From an uncultured Candidatus Peribacteria bacterium (GTDB lineage Bacteria > Patescibacteriota > Gracilibacteria > Absconditabacterales > Absconditicoccaceae): a DNA stretch of 55,948 nucleotides. The stretch lies in assembly GCA_964501605.1 (NCBI GenBank), contig CAZCTB010000065.1, positions 1 to 55,948 of the forward strand, written 5' to 3'. A model generated the notes under the pieces. That model was not told where the DNA came from, made no database searches, and was given only the letters and a program-made list of their open reading frames with translations. Below, in pieces: positions 36,915-46,855 of this stretch (position 1 is the stretch's first letter; the number at the start of each line of letters is the position of its first letter). The position numbers and the translations under genes are program-made.

Positions 36915-37880
36915 ATGAAAAATAAATTGACAGTCATTATAGCAACTAGACCAAATATTCAAAATATTAAATGAATATTTCATTCTTTGGATATTCAGAC
37001 TTTTCAATATTTTAAAGTAATACTTTTGATAGATACAAAACTCCAAAAAGAGGAGTTTGAAAATCTTAAAAAAGAAGCTCTAAAATGATTAAAAAACATT
37101 TCAAAAAAAATCAAATTTGTGTCCAATGTAAATACAGATTTCAAACCACAAAACTGAGTAAGTTATGTTAGAAATTATGGTATCAAATTAGCTGACACAG
37201 ATTTTATAAACCTTTTTGATGATGATGAATTGTTTGATTCAGATTATCTACAGACATCTTTTGATCTTTGGCATGAAATTAAAGGTTGAAAAACCCCCCT
37301 TAAAAAGGGGGGTAGGGGGGGTTGATTTATTCTGGTTCCCACGCTTATGTTTAGAAAAACTTGAGAAATACAAAGCCAATGATTCGACTATTATAATTTT
37401 TGGACATCTAGACCACATGCTTTGTGGCTCAAAGAAAATCAAAAATTATCACAAATCCAAATGTATTCTTGAAACTCTCTTTTTGGTCCGACAAAAATAT
37501 TTCAAGAAGTTTTATTCGATAAAAATCTTGATTTTGTCTATGAAGATTTGGAATTTACATACAGAATATACAAAGCATGATATCCTATTTTTGTCACAAG
37601 TGAATTACTGTTGTACCACATGGAAAGAGATAAAACATTATTAGAACATGCCCGAGTTTGATCTAAATTTGCAGCATATAGAAAAGCAAAGCATAGAATA
37701 TTGTTTGTTAGAAAAAATTGAACATTATTACAAAAAATAAAATTTTATTTACTTGGATTTCGAGCTCAACCTCTTCGACTAAGTTTCAAAATTATTCGTT
37801 ATTGAAAAAAAAGAGAGATATTACCTCTCATATTTTCTTTGTATCATGGGACTTGGGATGGGTTGATTTGTAAAAAATAA
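36915..37880 (+). CDS. Family 2 glycosyltransferase with an in-frame GC-run insert
   Basis: LTVIIATRPN, FINLFDDDE, FGPTKIFQEVLFDKNLDFVYEDLEFTYRIYKAGYPIF. Frame verified codon by codon across 37200-37440. The 142-aa standard-code ORF 37216-37644 is in the wrong frame. Confidence 0.82.
37293..37322. repeat. GC-run hairpin element in frame in the GT2 gene
   Basis: accccccttaaaaaggggggtagggggggt, read as TPLKKGGRGG. Followed by cccacgcttatg, which resembles ccccgcttatg at the uvrC insert. Confidence 0.7.
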
Positions 37881-38092
37881 TTACAGTTTTTTAAAAAGAC
37901 TAACCAATGATTGTTTTAAAAAAGTATTAGAACAACATTATACGATTTATTATTGCAATAAGTCAATATTTTGTTATAATTATAGTACAAAAACGAATTC
38001 AAAAAAAAACAATACTACAAAAATTGCAAAAATACTCAAATTACCTTATAATTAGTTATAAATAATTTTATATTTATTATTATTTTAAAAAA

Positions 38093-38974
38093 ATGACAAA
38101 ATTACCATTAAATGAACAAGCGAATTCAATTCGTAATATTACTTTTTCTAAAGATAAAGAAAAAGATCATGAAATTAAAAAAGAAATGATATCTGTTTTG
38201 AAGGAAAAGACAGATTATAAAAAAGATGAAAAAACTAGTAAAGCAAAAAGAGAGAGATGGGCAAAAATTAGAGATTTAGCTTGAGATGATCCAGAGAAGA
38301 TAAAACAATTAAAAGATGTTTTGTATACAGAAGAAGCAAAACAAGAAAAATCCGAATCCAAAGAAACACTTCTAGAAACAGCTCAATCAAAAAATAGAGA
38401 TAGTATGCTTTCTTATGCACAAGAAAAAGATACAGAACATGCTGAAAGGATAGCGGGGCGACTATGAACTATCAACGAACTTCGCGCGAAATGAATAATA
38501 AATGACTCATCAGAATGAGTAAATGTGAAAGGATTATGTTCATTTGCAAGTACAGAATCACATAATAAGGTCCTAGAGGAAAATTTCTGAAATAAAGTAA
38601 AAGAACCATTTGATTGGGAAAATCATGCGTGAAATAAATCAAAATTAAATACAGTTAGAAAAGATGATGTAGATAAAAAAATGAAGAAATGATTGAAGTG
38701 AAACTATAAATTAGGATCAAAAGAATTTATAGAGAATACACTATTTCCATGGATTGAACAGAAATTTGAATGAGTGAAAAATCAAGATGATAAATTATAT
38801 ATCTTACAACTAATCAATCCAGATCTATTTACACGATTATGGTTGGATAGTGTAGATTCCACTTGACATTCTCGCCAGGAAGTCAAATTGAGACGCAATG
38901 TAGACTATAGATTCTTCAATGAGTTCGACTATGTTTATATTAGATGAGTTCTTTTCTTGGTATGAAATGCATAA
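38093..38974 (+). CDS. DGR target (variable) protein, 293 aa
   Basis: The last 32 codons are the VR. The C-terminus ...FT-[CGA]-LWLDSVDSTGHSRQEVKLRRNVDYRFFNEFDYVYIRGVLFLVGNA resembles the end of C-type-lectin-fold DGR targets. Confidence 0.8.
38870..38964 (+). repeat. DGR variable repeat (VR)
   Basis: 95 nt that align without gaps to the reverse complement of 40773-40867. There are 16 mismatches, 15 of them opposite template adenines. Confidence 0.88.
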
Positions 38975-38986
38975 AAAATAATGGTT
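38969..38986 (+). repeat. 18-bp direct repeat, left copy (gcataaaaaataatggtt)
   Basis: Identical 18-mer at 40965-40982. This copy overlaps the target gene stop codon. Confidence 0.85.
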
Positions 38987-39090
38987 TACATACGAAAATG
39001 GAGCATATCCCTGCAGTATTGCGGGGTTTTCTTAGATGAAAAAACAGGATGTATTATTATCTCTTCATCCCTTTATCTCTTTTTGTGTTT

Positions 39091-39429
39091 TTAAGAGTGA
39101 CGATGTCGTCAAGTTAGTTGTTTTCCTATCGTCTCCATATGTGGCTGAAGTGAAACAAACTCTTCTAAAGAAATACAGTGTAAATCTCTCATCAATCTCA
39201 ATAAAATATGGATCAATTCTGTTTTTCATCTAGCTGTATCAAGATATCTTTTTCTATCCTCACGTTGTGTGTTTGCTTTGAAAATAAGAATAACCAATTG
39301 AGACGTTTCCTCAAAAATACTCTTTCAAAGAGTATTTTTGTAGTTTTTTGGCATCTTTTTCAATAAACGACTAACTGTAAGCAGTAGTTTATAGCATTCT
39401 TTGTACAGAGGTAGTTCAGTGTATAGCAT
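39091..39429 (-). CDS. DGR accessory variability determinant (Avd-like four-helix-bundle protein), 112 aa
   Basis: MLYTELPLYKECYKLLLTVSRLLKKMPKNYKNTLGKSIFEETSQLVILIFKAN...ELIHILLRLMRDLHCISLEEFVSLQPHMETIGKQLTG. Starts 19 nt after the RT stop. Exactly 113 codons. Confidence 0.72.
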
Positions 39430-39448
39430 ATCGATAGTGTATAAAAGA

Positions 39449-40666
39449 CTAAAAGTATTCTAGTTTTTTTCGTGACTTAATTTCTGCTTTGCGTAGTCTT
39501 CTAGTGCGAGGTATGACTTTTGTATATTTGTTTTTGCATATTATCTTATTTGCTAAAAATGGTGGCAATGACTGTAGTACTTTCTTTCTAATTTTGTATG
39601 AACTGTGATGTTTTATCATCCCTAAGTATGAGTTGATCATTGCTATCACTTTTTGTAATTTTTCGTATGTGTTTACATCTTTTGACGTGATTTTGCGGAG
39701 CTTTTGTTGCCAACGTCAAAGAGCCTTCTTTTGTATATACGTGCGATATGGCTTTATCACAGCACCACAGAACTGTACTCATTTACTATAGTGTTGGAGA
39801 TATATTTTTTTTGGATGTAGTGTCAGCTGAAGCTCTTGACTAAGAAAATTTCTGATAGATACGATACATGACTGTAAATATTCTTTATCAGGATGTACTA
39901 ATACAAAATCATCCATATATCTTCAGTAGTGGTGTATTTTTAATACACGTTTGATATACATATCTAATTCATGGAGATATACGTTTGCAAATAGTTGGCT
40001 AGTGAGATTTCCAATAGGTAATCATACTCATGGTGAACTATGAAAAAGAGATTTATCAGGAGGAAGTCATGATCGATTATCTACTGATCATACATGTTTG
40101 TAATCTTGTGTGGGATCATGATAAATAACATCTTTTAAGAGTTTTTCTCAATAAGTATATGGTAAATATGGATATTCATTATCCCAGTAGTCTTTATATT
40201 TTTCAATTTCTTTTAATAAAAGCCTTTCTAATATTTTTTTATTTATAGCCATAAAATATCATTTGATATCTAGTTTTAATATATAACAATTTTGTTGATA
40301 ATTCTGAGAACATGATCTAATATGCTTGTCTATACGATTTACACCAAAATGTGTTCATTTTCCGACTCTGCATGCATAATTGTCGTATATAAAAATTCTT
40401 TCAAAAAAAGGTGAAATGATAGTATATATGAGATGATGTACGATGCGATCACGTACATGAGCAGCGAAAATTTCCCTTTGTACTGGATCATATATGATGA
40501 AACAACGATATGTACTGATACAATATGTTTGGTTTTCTAATTCTCTTGTTAGTTTCAGTAATTCTTTTTCATGTTCTAGTTCAAAAGCAAGAATGCTTTT
40601 TGTAGACTTATTGCATCTTAGATTTTTCCAAGCTATGAATACATGATATAATAAAGTACTTTTCAT
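39449..40666 (-). CDS. DGR reverse transcriptase (405 aa)
   Basis: IYDPVQREIFAAHVRDRIVHHLIY, YACRVGKGTH, GLPIGNLTSQLFANVYL (the SQ-containing motif typical of DGR RTs) and YGRYMDDFVLV (YxDD). Two ORF pieces are in frame and joined by TGA. Confidence 0.92.
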
Positions 40667-40772
40667 GGTATATATTAGAATAATATAAGGATTAGAGACT
40701 TATAAAATTTTATTAAAAAAAAGAGTAGACTATTTCAATAACCTACTCAATTTATTCATCTCTAAGCGTTTT

Positions 40773-40867
40773 CATACCAAGAAAAGTCCTCATTTATTAT
40801 TATCATTGTTGTTCTCATTGAAGTTTCTATTGTTTACATTGCGTTTCAATTTGACTTTCTGGCGAGA
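40773..40867 (-). repeat. DGR template repeat (TR), sense on the minus strand, about 105 nt upstream of the RT start
   Basis: The sense strand reads tct cgc cag aaa gtc aaa ttg aaa cgc aat gta aac aat aga aac ttc aat gag aac aac aat gat aat aat aaa tga gga ctt ttc ttg gta tg. It is rich in AAY codons. Confidence 0.88.
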
Positions 40868-40964
40868 TATAAAGACATTGCTAGATTATTCTTATCTACA
40901 AACGTTCATACGAGAATAAATATGAATTAAGTACTACAGACAAAACGCCTGTGAATGTCTAAAC

Positions 40965-40982
40965 GCATAAAAAATAATGGTT
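40965..40982 (+). repeat. 18-bp direct repeat, right copy (gcataaaaaataatggtt)
   Basis: Identical to 38969-38986. Preceded by ...tgtctaaac, which reads ..C L N A stop, like the target's ..V G N A stop. Confidence 0.85.
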
Positions 40983-41159
40983 AATTTGTTCGGACTGAAG
41001 CCATATAGGTTAGAAATGTTTCTTTTGATCCTTGTCTAGCAAGAACTACCTTCAGTAACTGACTATGATAAGATATACAATTTATTATTTGTTTCAATAG
41101 AACTATTGTTCATGGTATTTATGCTTTCCTGATATTTAAAATAATAAAGTAAATTGTTG

Positions 41160-42158
41160 TTATTCCAGATTCCTCACCACCTCTTGCATTTTCAATATTT
41201 TCTTTTGATAAGGATATACTTTAGTTCTAGTTCACAAGAAATTAGATATCAAAAACAAATGCAATCTAGTACTGATAACTATTTCAGCTTTTGAAATTTT
41301 TGTAGCAAATTTTTGAAAATCTTCTTCTCGATCCAAAATTTCAAATCTATCTTCCATTTTACAAGTCTGTTTTATTCTTTTATAGTAATTCATATCACTA
41401 TAATCATCGTTTCTTCATTTGGCTACAGGCACATATAGTATCTTATATCATTCTTCCAAATAATATTTTATGTCCTTGATTATATCGTCCAAAAAATGTT
41501 CTCCATTTTTGTTTACATTTACTATGATATATTTTCATTTTTTCAATTTTTCGTTTTCCAATGCATGCCAATTGAAAGCAAAATAACTAGTATCCATAAA
41601 AAATTCTGCATTTTCAAATCCATATTTTTTCAGTTCATACACACTTTCCAGGTCTCTAGCGTATACATAACTTACTCTCTTCATTAAATAATCAAAAAGC
41701 TTTTTGTTCTTTTCTTTTTTTGGTACCTGTATTCCACCCATTAGATAAATGTTTGGTTTTTGTTTCAAACAAGGGAATATAGAAACCAATCGATACCAAT
41801 AAGTACTAGGTACCTCTTCAGTCAATATTTCTCCTCAACCAATTATTATACTATCTACTTCTTTATACTTTTTCAAAGTTCTGCTATTTTTATCTCTGAT
41901 GAATTTCCAAAAGGATCTAAATCATTTTGGTATTTCTCTCAAAAATGTAATATCTTCTATATCAGCAAACTGCACCAAAAATTTTTTTAACCAATTAATA
42001 TTGTAAGCAGATATATATATTTTCTTACCCTGTTCTTGTAATAACTGTATAGTTCCCAAAAGTATTATTTCATCTCACATGTTTTTGTAAGATCGATTAC
42101 CTACTATCAAAACCTTATCTCAATCTATTTTTAGTTCTTTACCTAGACCTAGATCCAT
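41160..42158 (-). CDS. Polysaccharide pyruvyl transferase (CsaB-like)
   Basis: VLIVGN.SYKNMGDEIILLG, DSIIIGGGEIL, VYARDLESVYELKKYG, ISTRLHLFLIS. 333 codons. ORF piece 41535-41825 is in frame. Confidence 0.78.
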
Positions 42159-42369
42159 TATGTTATTAAAAAGTTAAAAACTCAAAGTTAAAGGTCTTTT
42201 ATAAAGCCAATAACTTTTTTAACATATAGGAATTTCTAAATAAATACCTATACGCATATAAAACGACGTTAAACTTCTTTTGGAAGTTTTAGCGTCTTAT
42301 TTTATAAAATAAAAAAAATCGCTACGTGATAATAGCGATTTTATTGTGAAAGTCAAATTTCTCTATTTT

Positions 42370-44625
42370 TTAGTTTATTTCTATTTTCCCACCAGCGGAT
42401 TTTCGCCTAGAATTTAAGTATTCTACATAAGTTCATGATTTATTGTTTAAGTTTTGAGATATTTCTTTAAGAGTATTTCTAATTGGATTTGATCTGATAA
42501 CATCAGTGTCTCATCTTATATTTCGAACAGCATACCAATCTTCATTATTAAACTCTATATTACCTATACCAAATAACTTTTCACTAAAAGGATTTTCAGT
42601 TTTTGCTGTTTTGTTTTTAAATATATCTATTATTGTGTTACTTAAATTCATGGCATCAAAAAGTTCTTCATATGTATCAAACTTTATATCTAATCATTTA
42701 ATTTTTTTATTATATAGATCTAATTCGTTATTGTTTATCATTTCATCTAGTTTATAATTTTTATCGTCATCTTCTATCTCAATAAGTCACCTATTGGCCC
42801 ATTCTAAAATTTTATTGTCATTGAAATTTTCTTGATCATATTCTTGCGTCATTTCATACCAAGCTTTTTTATTTTTTGGTTTAAATCATTCTTCACTTAA
42901 TTTCATATTTACTCCAGATGTTACATTATTTATATATTCGTTTGTCTTGTTTGAGTCTAGCAAAGTTTTCTCATTGTCATTTCACGCTATCTTTTTTAAA
43001 TCATCTAAGTCATTTATTCAAAAACTGTTCAATCAGTTATTCAATATATCATCATCTTCTTTTATGACTTCTAAATTTTCTAATATCAACTCTTCTTTGT
43101 CTTTGTCCATATTAGAAGATTTTATATAATTTTTGTAATCATCAGAATCTATTTCAAATTTTCAATTTTTTTCTGTCAAAAAATCTCATTCTATCAGAGT
43201 ATTTATTGGTATTCATCACAAAGTTGCAACTGTAGTGTATTGTGGTTTTATATATTGTTCTACATTTTCTTCTTCTATATACATTTTTTCTGCGGTTTTT
43301 TTTGTATCAATAGTCTGTTTTTTTCAATCTATGTTAAATAAATCTTTACCAAAATTTGTAACCTTATCTACATTAAGTAAAGCCAACAATCATCATCCAA
43401 ACAAAGCAGTATCTCTTCGTTTGTTTTTTGTTCACTTTTTAGCAAACAATTTTTGTATAAATTTAAAACCAAGAAATATTGCTGTTCAGACCATTGCAAA
43501 TTTACCCAATTTTTTTACAGCTTCTTTTTGTTTTTCATTTTTTATTAGTCACATATCTTCTAGTTTGTCAGCTATGAATTCTCCAGATCTATCAAAAATT
43601 CAATTTTTTCTTCTACATACTTCTGGGTGTTTATTATAGTGATTATTGTATCACGAACTTGCATATTCATAATTATAATATCTTTTTCTTTTCGTAGTTA
43701 TATCCATATAAAGAGCAGGATTTTTTTTCATAATTTCTTCAAAATCTGCCTTATGTTTTGTATAAAATTTATTTTGACTAGGATTTTGAATATCTCCAGA
43801 TCGTACATCTTTTAGATATTGTTGAAATCCTTCTGCATCTTTATTCCACAGTTTTTTAAGAGTTGCATTCTTCATTATTTGATTGAACTCAAAATTATAC
43901 TCTGCAGCAATATTTTGGAATAATTCTTCTTTTCTAATATCTCCTATAGAATCTAGCATTGCAGGTATTTCTGCTGTATTCTTACCAGTAGTTACCATCT
44001 GTCTTACTTTTTCTAGTTGTTCTTTGTGAGACTTCATTTCTTCTATATAATCGACAAAATAGTCGACATTTGTGGTATAATTATAATTATTTAATTCTCT
44101 CTTTATACTTCTAAGTGAAGCTAAATCATCTTTTATTACTTGTTTAAATCTAACCTTGCTATATCTATTATCCCAAGGTTTTGGTGCTCTAGGTCGTTTT
44201 CTATTTTCTTGAAATCGATCTATCAAACTATTTATTTCCAAAATTAATGCTTCAGGATTTTTCTCTAGATTATTTTTTAGTTCATCAGCCTCTTTTTTTA
44301 CTTCCTCTTTCATTTTTAGTTCCTCTAGTAAATAAGAGTATTCAGCAGCAACCTCATTCTTTTGTTGTTCTTTTTCTATAAACGACATCAAAAGTTTGTT
44401 TTCAACATGAAATTTTTTTACTCTTTCTCATTTTTGATTTAGATCTAGGTATTCATCGCCCTCTTGTTCAAACAAAAATTCTTTACCATTTTTTTTTATA
44501 TCAACTTTTCAGTTTTTTAAATCATCAAAAAATTTGTCATTCAAATATCTTGGTAAGTCATGATACTTAAGTTCTTTACCCTTATCTATTTGTTCTTTTT
44601 CTTTTAGTACTTCTAAGCTATTCAT
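42370..44625 (-). CDS. Large orphan K/E/D-rich protein (751 aa)
   Basis: I scanned every minus-frame triplet from 42373 to 44622 and found no TAA/TAG. It contains the 246-aa ORF 43651-44391. The plus-strand F/S-rich ORFs here are antisense artefacts. Confidence 0.72.
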
Positions 44626-44749
44626 AATCAAATAGACTACTTATAAAACTCGTATATATCTATTATATTCATAAATTACTTTAAACAAAAAAAAACCAAG
44701 TATTTTTGGTATTTTACTTGGCATTTTGTTGTTTTTATGGTGTAGTATG

Positions 44750-45337
44750 TTATTTTTTTATAAGTTCTTTTTTAATTTTTTCAATATTAGCTTCATTTAG
44801 AGGATCTTTTATTATTCAAAATTCACCCATTAATAGAGCTAAAAATTTTAAAAGATTATCTTGATTTATTGGTATTTTATCATGATATTGTTTAGAAAGT
44901 TTTTTAATATAAGATATATATTCAGAAAAGCTAAGTTTGTTATATAAATCCCCAATTATATCATCAAAAAATCATGATAATTTATATGACTCGATTTCTT
45001 TTGGATAAAACGGCGCAAAAAATCAAACAATCATTATATTGTTGGTTGATTTTCTAAGATATGAAGTTTTTGTTCTAGTATCTATCACCTTAAAAAATGT
45101 CTCATATGTTGAGTTTATTAAATCATCATTTTTTATATTTTTTAACAAAAAAGATAAGAATTGTGCAATATTATTGTTTTTTCATTTATTTTTTTTGATT
45201 TCATCTTGTACTTTTTTTGCTTTTGCCGAATCTCATTGTACGCGTTTTATATCTTGTTCAGTGACTTTGTTGGTATCTTTTCTAACGCCTTCACCGGTGT
45301 CTATTCAGTCCATAGCTCATGAAATTTCATTTACCAT
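44750..45337 (-). CDS. Hypothetical protein (195 aa)
   Basis: ATG 45337 to TAA 44750, 196 codons with TGA as Gly. Lies directly downstream of the HD-domain gene. Confidence 0.55.
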
Positions 45338-45361
45338 TTTTTGTTTTTTAATTATAAAAAG

Positions 45362-46003
45362 TTATTTTAGATCTTTTATACCCCACACCTCATTATTCAT
45401 ATTTTCAAAAAAATCTACCATTATTTTGTGTTTTTTTTCAGCTAATTTTTTTCATGTTTTTGTAAACATCCTATCTTTTACTTTTTTTAATTTCACTTCA
45501 AATTCCCTGTATGCGGTGTCTTGAGGTCAATATTCTTTAGTGTTTTCTAGGTTTGTATCAATATCATTGTGTAGTTTTGCTCATACTTCATTTGCATACA
45601 TAAATGCTCTTCAAATTCAAACTGCTCATATACTGTCTAATTTATCTGCATCAAAAAGTATTTTAGCTTCTAAGCTCTCTGGTTCGTTTCATCTTCTAAA
45701 TCTATGTGTCATTATACAGTGTAATATTTTATTTTTCTTGCTATCTTCCATTCACAATTCAGACAAAATTTTGTCTGCCAATTTAGTTCCATATTCTGCA
45801 TGACATATTTTTCATTTAGTTTCGTGCTGTTTTTTCCTACCAATATCATGCATTAAGGATGATATTTGTAATATTTCTATATTTGCTCATTCTTTTTTTC
45901 ATATATGTAAACACATATCGTGTACTCTCATTGTATGATCTAGATCATGAGAATTGTTTCATCCAAAATATTTTTTTATTTTCTCTTTTATATGGTTTAA
46001 CAT
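45362..46003 (-). CDS. HD-domain metal-dependent phosphohydrolase
   Basis: HDLDHTMRVHDMCL, SSLMHDIGR, LHCIMTHRFR and ILFDADKLDSIGAVGIGRAF. 213 aa. Confidence 0.85.
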
Positions 46004-46342
46004 GCAATTATTAGTTAAACAAAAGTAAATTATAGACACATTTTTTTTATGGTTTTATGCTTGAATTTCAATGAGAATTATTTATATACATATCACCGCA
46101 ATTTTTGAGGACTATTTTTTTGAAAAATAGTAATTTAAAAAAACAAAACACTTGTTTGTACATAAAACGAAATGATCCCGAGTGATCTGGATTGTTTCTC
46201 ATTTTATATAGTGGAGAGGTGCCAGAGTGTGTCTAGATCATGCGAAAATAGCAAGCGCTAGCGTAGAAATTTTCGGATGAGAAAGTTATCCCGCAAAGCG
46301 GGAGTCGAAAAAGATATTTACGAAGCATCATTAATTTAAAGA

Positions 46343-46430
46343 GGAGAGGTGCCAGAGTGGTCGAACGGAGCTCACTGCTAACGAGTCGTCCTTTACGGGA
46401 CCGCGGGTTCGAATCCCGCCTTCTCCGCCA
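46343..46430 (+). tRNA. tRNA-Ser (anticodon GCU), CCA encoded
   Basis: GGAGAGG acceptor pairing with CTTCTCC, D-arm GCCAGAGTGGTCGAACGG, anticodon loop CT-GCT-AA, long variable arm CGTCCTTTACGGGACCG, T-arm GCGGGTTCGAATCCCGC, then GCCA. Confidence 0.88.
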
Positions 46431-46451
46431 TTAACATTTGCGATTACCAAT

Positions 46452-46505
46452 GGCTTTGTAGCTCAGTTGGTTAGAGCGCCCCGGTTCAAAGAACCGAGGG
46501 AAGTT
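46452..46505 (+). pseudogene. tRNA-like 5' fragment (copy A)
   Basis: The first 28 nt (ggctttgtagctcagttggttagagcgc) are identical to tRNA-Met at 46773. They are followed by a non-canonical 22-nt arm, ccccggttcaaagaaccgaggg, and no T-arm or acceptor 3' strand. Confidence 0.6.
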
Positions 46506-46536
46506 GGTAGTTCACATCTTAATTGTAGTATCTATA

Positions 46537-46782
46537 ATGATTAAGTGATTTGTTTATATATTGGAAATGAAAAATTGAAGATATTATATTTGAAGTACAA
46601 ACAATATAGAAAGAAGATTAGCAGAACATAATAGATGAATTGTAAAGTCCACAAAGAATAATAGACCATTAAAATTATTATTCAAAAAGGAATTTGAAGA
46701 TTATAGCTCTGCTTTAAAGAAAGAATTATCATTAAAAAAACAAAAAGACAGAAAGGCAGTAGAAAGATTTATGGCTTTGTAG
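46537..46782 (+). CDS. Small GIY-YIG nuclease-superfamily protein (81 aa)
   Basis: MIKGFVYILEMKNGRYYIGSTNNIERRLAEHNRG...NRPLKLLFKKEFEDYSSALKKELSLKKQKDRKAVERF. Its last four codons and TAG overlap the first 10 nt of tRNA-Met. Confidence 0.8.
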
Positions 46783-46846
46783 CTCAGTTGGTTAGAGCGC
46801 GCCTCTCATAAGGGCGAGGTCGGCGGTTCAAATCTGCCCAAAGCCA
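46773..46846 (+). tRNA. tRNA with CAU anticodon (elongator Met, or Ile2 if lysidine-modified); no encoded CCA
   Basis: GGCTTTG/CAAAGCC acceptor, GCTC-AGTTGGTTA-GAGC D-arm, CGCCT-CTCATAA-GGGCG anticodon arm, GGCGG-TTCAAAT-CTGCC T-arm. G1:C72 and the anticodon stem argue against an initiator. Confidence 0.85.
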
Positions 46847-46855
46847 AATTAAAAT

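Noticed and set aside
37216-37644. 142-aa standard-code ORF, the second-longest uninterrupted plus-strand ORF in the track.
   Set aside because: It is in frame +1 relative to the GT2 glycosyltransferase. The GT2 frame, not this one, carries the conserved DDD and ED..F.YR..KAG blocks. The ORF is long only because this frame happens to lack TGA.
39036-39233. 65-aa plus-strand ORF between the DGR target and the RT.
   Set aside because: It is antisense to the Avd-like gene, which has the expected four-helix pattern and position.
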